Assembly (NCBI GenBank): GCA_963796955.1
Contig: CAWCNJ010000011.1
Location: 32,001-96,000, forward strand
Direction: 5' to 3'
Length of the DNA: 64,000 nt
DNA from: Endomicrobiales bacterium
GTDB taxonomy: Bacteria > Elusimicrobiota > Endomicrobiia > Endomicrobiales > JALOBY01
Each line of letters starts with the position of its first letter. Within the stretch, counting starts at the first letter, position 1. This document shows positions 59,148-64,000 of the stretch, piece after piece. Both the position numbers and the translations under genes were made by a program. Below the pieces are notes generated by a model. It saw only the letters and a program-made list of their open reading frames with translations. It made no database searches and was not told the DNA's origin.

Positions 59148-60251
59148 TCAGTACGAATACATCCTGGCATACCGGCCGAACATAACGTTCGCCGAATAAC
59201 TCTTGACGACCTTATAATACGCGTCTTTTGCGATAGTTCTGGACAGCTCCGAATCGCGCAGGAGCATACATATTTTTTTCGTCAGCGCCGCTGCGTCGCC
59301 GGGCTCTACCAGCAGGCCGGCGGAGGGGTCCTGTAATATGGAAGGCACCGAGCCCACCCGTGTGGCGATCACGGGGGTGCGGGCCGCCATTGCTTCGAGC
59401 AGGGCCATGGGCATTCCCTCCGTCAAAGAAGGGAGCACAAAAACGTCCATCATCGACAAAAGCGCGTGCACATCCGTTCTGGAACCGGTAAAGATAAAAT
59501 TCGCGGAGCGGCCCGCGTTCTTTATCTCGGCCACATATTGTTCTTTCAGGGGGCCGTCGCCTACGAACAGGAAAATGGTCGAAGGGTACTCTTTTAATAC
59601 TTCCATCGCGGCCAGGATCAGGTACCGGTGACCCTTTTCACCCGAAAGCCTGCCGACCGTGCCGACTATCCTGGCCGCAGGGGCGATCCCAAGACTTTCC
59701 CTGAGCGCCGCCGTATCGGACCGGCGCCTTTCAATGCCGACGCCGTTGCCGATAAAGCTTACTTTGTCAGAACGTATGCCCAGGCGGGAAAGCTCCTCTA
59801 ACAGCTGTGCGGAAACGACGGCGATGCGGTCGAAGAATTTCAGCGTCAGCGTGTCAATGAGCTTGTACAACCTGCTTTTTGCGTCGGTCAATATCCAGTT
59901 GTGCACGGTAGTCACCCGTTTGACCTTCAGGAACAGCGTCGCGGCAAGGGCGAAGAGATTAGATTTATAGCCGTGGGAATGGACGATGCCGATGCCGTTA
60001 TCCCGGACGAATTTCCTGATCTTGCGCACGGTGGAAAGATCGAACCTGCCCGCGCAGTCAAACACTACGCATGTGACACCGGAGCCCGCAAGAGCGCCGC
60101 AGATCTCCGTATGAGGATTTGAGCTGTTGCGGATAATACCCGCGTAGGTGTGCGATATACCCGGCGCTGCTGATGCCGCCTTAGACAGCTCCACCAGAAC
60201 TTTTTCCGCCCCATAATACCCCGAACTGCTGATCAAATTTAGTATTTTCAT
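59148..60251 (-). CDS. Glycosyltransferase family 4
   Basis: YYGAE, HSHGYK, VGRLSGEKG, LPSLTEGMPMALLEAMAA. Confidence 0.92.
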   Translation of the reverse strand: MKILNLISSSGYYGAEKVLVELSKAASAAPGISHTYAGIIRNSSNPHTEICGALAGSGVTCVVFDCAGRFDLSTVRKIRKFVRDNGIGIVHSHGYKSNLFALAATLFLKVKRVTTVHNWILTDAKSRLYKLIDTLTLKFFDRIAVVSAQLLEELSRLGIRSDKVSFIGNGVGIERRRSDTAALRESLGIAPAARIVGTVGRLSGEKGHRYLILAAMEVLKEYPSTIFLFVGDGPLKEQYVAEIKNAGRSANFIFTGSRTDVHALLSMMDVFVLPSLTEGMPMALLEAMAARTPVIATRVGSVPSILQDPSAGLLVEPGDAAALTKKICMLLRDSELSRTIAKDAYYKVVKSYSANVMFGRYARMYSY

Positions 60252-60261
60252 GGCAAACCTC

Positions 60262-61596
60262 TTATTTTTTATCATCTATCGTTACATACGCAGGCCGGGC
60301 TCCGTGGGGGAACTGCTCTACTGTCTCAGTTTCCCTTTCCCCTATCTGGGACCGGTTTATCATATAGGACCGCGTCATGATACCCATGAAGGCCCAGAAA
60401 TACGAACCCATGCACAGATAGCTCCACCGGTCGCCGAAAAAGTTCGTTATCATAAGCGAGAACACGCTCAGCGCGAAACCAAACCCGATGCCTTTGAAAA
60501 ATTCGTCGTCGGCTTCCCGGTACAGCTTCCACGCCAGGCGCATCGCCGAAATGAGCAGGTACAGGAAGGCCGACAACCCCATCAGGCCCTGCTCCGCGAG
60601 CATTTTCAGGAAATAGTTATGGGTATCTATGAAACCGGCGTAGGCGAATGTGTTGAACCCCTTGCCGATCAGCGGTGATTCATGGAACATATCCAGCGCC
60701 CGCTGCCACAGCATCACCCTGTCGGCGGCGGACTCTTCCAGCTTACCGCGGTCGTCCCTGGTCATGGTCACGCGTTCTACGACCGAAACAGGCACCAGCG
60801 CCTTCCAGAACAGCAGAAAAAGGAAGGCCACAACCAATATTTTTCTTTCCTTAAGGATCCCGGCGATAATAAGCCCGCCCATGAGCGCCATATACGCCCC
60901 GCGGGAATAACTGTACATAATGCAGTAGACCAGCACACCCAGTAATGCCGTCAAAACAAGCTTCTGCCAGGCAGGTTTAACAAAGAGCGACAGGCCGAAC
61001 AATACGAAAAAGACGTGGACGAAAAACGCGCCGTAATGGTTGGGACCCAGATACAGGAACAGACCCTGGAAGGCATCCCTTACCCGGTAAGAAAAATGAG
61101 CCAGGTTCATCCACTTCAGGCTGCCGACATAATAATACGTTACACCGGCAACACCGGCCGTCAAAAGGAACGTGAACAGCTTAAGCCACCATTTATCCCT
61201 TAATGCCTGCACGACCAGCAGCCAGATGAGCGGCAGCAGCATATAATCTTTCCAGTCCACTAAATACGCCAGTGAGAATCCCTTAAAACTGAGACCGTTC
61301 ACGAAGGCGATGCAGGAGGTAAGTATCAGGACCGTCATAGGGGTCGTCAGCGGTTGTTCTTCGCCCGTATTTTCCCTGCCGAAGAGCCAGCCGAGGCATG
61401 TCATTACCAGGCAGACATTAATAATGTTCCTTCCGAACGGGAAGGGTTGCAGCTTTTCAAGAATGCTCATGAAAGGCAACACCGGTATTAGTATGATCAC
61501 GCCGACGGCAGGCCGGTATATAAGCGCGTACAGCGCGCTGAGCAGTAAGCCGATATACAATACGAGCGGTACATATTCATGCAATCCCAGCCCCAT
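60262..61596 (-). CDS. O-antigen ligase/Wzy polymerase family membrane protein
   Basis: GPNHYGAF, SYSRGA, R..LW, PLIGKG, DTHN; start at ATG 61596 (TAATG overlap). Confidence 0.85.
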   Translation of the reverse strand: MGLGLHEYVPLVLYIGLLLSALYALIYRPAVGVIILIPVLPFMSILEKLQPFPFGRNIINVCLVMTCLGWLFGRENTGEEQPLTTPMTVLILTSCIAFVNGLSFKGFSLAYLVDWKDYMLLPLIWLLVVQALRDKWWLKLFTFLLTAGVAGVTYYYVGSLKWMNLAHFSYRVRDAFQGLFLYLGPNHYGAFFVHVFFVLFGLSLFVKPAWQKLVLTALLGVLVYCIMYSYSRGAYMALMGGLIIAGILKERKILVVAFLFLLFWKALVPVSVVERVTMTRDDRGKLEESAADRVMLWQRALDMFHESPLIGKGFNTFAYAGFIDTHNYFLKMLAEQGLMGLSAFLYLLISAMRLAWKLYREADDEFFKGIGFGFALSVFSLMITNFFGDRWSYLCMGSYFWAFMGIMTRSYMINRSQIGERETETVEQFPHGARPAYVTIDDKK

Positions 61597-62156
61597 TATG
61601 TGTTCCCCCCGGGTTGCGCCCAAAAATGTTCCACCAGCTTTTTTTTCCATGTCGAACGGTCGCCGTTTATGCCGAGCTCCGCCCATTTCGCGATGCTTTT
61701 TTCTTTATATTCCTTTATACCGGAGACCACCCGCGCGGGCACACCGGCCACGATCACGTTGGGCGGCACGTCGCCGGTAACCACCGCGCCGGCGCCGACA
61801 ACGGAGTTGGGGCCGATCGTGACACCATAAAGTATGATAGCGCCAACCCCAATGAAACTGTTATCTTTTACCTCGATCTTTCCGAATACGTTAAGATCCG
61901 GTATTTCTTTTCTGAACAAGCCCATGGAACCATCGTGGGTAATGAACCTGACACCGGTGGTAATAGTGCAGTTGTTGCCGATCTTGATCAAATAAGGTTC
62001 CGTTCCAAAATCTTCCACGAAGATCCTGCAATGTGCCCCGATAACGACCCCTTGTTTCCTGAAATATTCGGCGACGGAATATTCATCATGGGCCATCAGC
62101 TCCAGTTTATTGAGCAGGGCGGGCAGCAGGTTCTTCAAGACCTTAAACAGTTTCAT
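61596..62156 (-). CDS. Hexapeptide-repeat acyltransferase
   Basis: EPYLIKIG, FITHD, VTIGPNSVVGAGAVVT.DVP, AGVPAR. Confidence 0.9.
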   Translation of the reverse strand: MKLFKVLKNLLPALLNKLELMAHDEYSVAEYFRKQGVVIGAHCRIFVEDFGTEPYLIKIGNNCTITTGVRFITHDGSMGLFRKEIPDLNVFGKIEVKDNSFIGVGAIILYGVTIGPNSVVGAGAVVTGDVPPNVIVAGVPARVVSGIKEYKEKSIAKWAELGINGDRSTWKKKLVEHFWAQPGGNT

Positions 62157-63627
62157 GCACTATCTCCTTACCTGAGAGCGATAGACTGATCCTTTCACGG
62201 ATCTCCCGGTCAAAGACCAGTACCAGCAGGGTATATACCAGGAAACCTGAACTTATTTTTGCCGGCAGGGAAATGATCGCTTTCCCGTAGTGCTGAACCC
62301 CTATCACCAGCGCCATAACGACGGAAAAAGCCAGATATTTTCCGATGTTGGCGTAATCGATCATGAACGGCAGATATTTGAAAGACTTCACGGCAAGCAC
62401 GGCGAATAACAGCACGTAGGCGACCAGCGTGGCCAGAGCGGAGCCGACAAACCCCATCCTCGGTATCAGCACGAAGTTCAGTGCGATATTGAACACGCCG
62501 GCGATAACCGTCCAGTAGGTTATGACCGCATTCTTTTTTTCTATGAATAATCCCGCATTGAATATACTGCTCAAGCCGAATGCCAGCACACCCCAGGAGA
62601 CATAGGGTATAACGGCATAGGCATGCTCGTATTTCTGCGAGGCTATCAACACGGTTATTTCCCGGCCCAGCATGTTCAGGCCGAACAGCGCCGGCAATGC
62701 CGCCATCATAAAATACCGCAGGCAATTCGAGAGAAATATTCCCGTGACCTCTTTGCCTTTCTGGGCGTGGATCTTCACATAGAGCGGCACGATCGCAAAA
62801 CTCAGGGGAAATATCAGACTTTCCATAACAGACATGGCCAGATCATAGCCCGCCGAATACATGCCGACGGCGGCCGTGCTCATATAGAACAGGATAACGT
62901 AACGATCCCCCGAGTTAAGAATGATACTGGTCATTTCCGAACCTACCAGCGGCAAACCGTAGGCGAGCGATCTTTTAAAGAACGGCAGGTCAAAATACTT
63001 CAGGGAGATCCGCTGTTGACGGCTCAGGCGCAGCATCAGGTATACAAAGATGATACATTCAGTGATCAGGAAGGCGAGGAATAATCCCATAAGCGACTTG
63101 AAAACGAAATACACCAATCCGACGCCCACGATCAGGGAGAAAAATTTGGCAATTACGTTGATGACATTGAAAAGGGCGGTATTTTGCTCGGCCCTGAGAA
63201 AGTTCTTAAGGATGGTGTTGGAGCACAAAAAGAAGACCCAGACGGCCGAAAGCAGGAAATATGACATAACCTCCGGCCTTTCTCTCATGGGATGGAGCGC
63301 GTATATGATCAACGCGTACAAGATACAGCCCAGGGCGACCGTGAAAACGGGGCCGAAGACCAGCGTGGAATAATATGAACGCAGGGAAACGCCCATCGTG
63401 TTCTGTTTAACTTCTTCATGGAACCTGATGATCGCGTTCTGCACACCCATCTTCGCCGCCGCCATCACAAAAAATACCGTGGTGGATATGACCCCCAGAA
63501 CGCCGTAGTCACTGACAGACAGCAGTCTTGTGTACACGGGAAATGATATAAAGGAGGCGGCCATAGTGAGAGCGTAGGCGATAAAATAATGGGAGGACTG
63601 CTTTACCATGGCGCGGAGTTCAGACAT
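62143..63627 (-). CDS. wzx: Wzx polysaccharide flippase
   Basis: PVYTRLL...YG, YGLPL, DRY, VG.YS.GY, LNF.LIP..G..G.A.AT. Confidence 0.88.
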   Translation of the reverse strand: MSELRAMVKQSSHYFIAYALTMAASFISFPVYTRLLSVSDYGVLGVISTTVFFVMAAAKMGVQNAIIRFHEEVKQNTMGVSLRSYYSTLVFGPVFTVALGCILYALIIYALHPMRERPEVMSYFLLSAVWVFFLCSNTILKNFLRAEQNTALFNVINVIAKFFSLIVGVGLVYFVFKSLMGLFLAFLITECIIFVYLMLRLSRQQRISLKYFDLPFFKRSLAYGLPLVGSEMTSIILNSGDRYVILFYMSTAAVGMYSAGYDLAMSVMESLIFPLSFAIVPLYVKIHAQKGKEVTGIFLSNCLRYFMMAALPALFGLNMLGREITVLIASQKYEHAYAVIPYVSWGVLAFGLSSIFNAGLFIEKKNAVITYWTVIAGVFNIALNFVLIPRMGFVGSALATLVAYVLLFAVLAVKSFKYLPFMIDYANIGKYLAFSVVMALVIGVQHYGKAIISLPAKISSGFLVYTLLVLVFDREIRERISLSLSGKEIVHETV

Positions 63628-64000
63628 GTTTCAACCTCCTGAGAGGCCGGAAGGACAAAAAGTATTTTATCCTTTCTTTTTCCAGTTCCAACTCGAGTTT
63701 GCTCTGGGAAAAACCGCCTAAAAAACTGGAGAGCATCCTATTAGTAACGCAGTATCTGTTAAGCGCGAAAAGTGAATCGCCGCTGTTGCCGTGCGCGATC
63801 AGGCTGCAGGCGGCCCGGTAGCCGCACTCTTTGACCAGCGCCATCATACTTTCGTTGAAATCCCCTTCATTACCGTTAGGGTAGGCGAAACAGGTCGGTT
63901 CCGCACCGGTATTTTCGTATATGAGTTTTCGTGACCCCGCCAGTTCGTACCTGGCTTCCTGCGGGGACAGGGTCGTGAGTATCGTATGGGTCAGACCGTG
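63620..64000 (-). CDS. Polysaccharide deacetylase (CE4), 5' part outside the window
   Basis: Hand translation from 64000: HGLTHTILTTLSPQEARYELAGSRKLI...FAYPNG...GYRAA. Confidence 0.85.
   Translation of the reverse strand, partial: HGLTHTILTTLSPQEARYELAGSRKLIYENTGAEPTCFAYPNGNEGDFNESMMALVKECGYRAACSLIAHGNSGDSLFALNRYCVTNRMLSSFLGGFSQSKLELELEKERIKYFLSFRPLRRLKHV

Noticed and set aside
1..64000. CRISPR array, tRNA/rRNA, IS elements, PEP-CTERM/exosortase genes, and the many plus-strand ORFs
   Set aside because: No repeat-spacer array, RNA gene, transposase or PEP-TM-basic tail was recognised; plus-strand ORFs other than 5038-6639 are antisense shadows of well-supported minus-strand genes

Overview
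Bacterial window, almost entirely minus-strand, from a probable anaerobe. Elusimicrobiota-like affiliation is an inference from the combination of Ech, a FecR-domain secreted protein, PorV-like barrels and CTD-tagged proteins; it is not proven. Left part (1-14 kb): echB/echA hydrogenase membrane subunits; a divergent K+-independent membrane pyrophosphatase with a long, apparently structured leader; a FecR-domain protein; a compact arsR-hgcA-hgcB-arsM-like operon (mercury methylation genes inside an arsenic-type operon); an MNT/HEPN pair; a pentapeptide-repeat protein; and a GH94 1,2-beta-oligoglucan phosphorylase. Right part (14-64 kb): a ~50 kb Wzx/Wzy-type exopolysaccharide locus with a priming sugar transferase, Wza, split Wzc, two flippases, two Wzy/ligase-like genes, many glycosyltransferases, five CE4 deacetylases, AlgI/AlgJ-like O-acylation genes and two UDP-sugar dehydrogenases. 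Interleaved in this locus are three PorV/PorQ-like beta-barrel genes and three secreted proteins sharing a conserved ~90-aa T9SS-like C-terminal domain, a candidate EPS-coupled protein sorting system. A Mor-like regulator is flanked by a repeated DNA motif, an AT-rich cassette spans ~21.4-36.7 kb, and three genes are frameshifted (real or assembly error). No rRNA, tRNA, CRISPR array or transposase was recognised. All calls come from motif recognition by eye; no searches were run.
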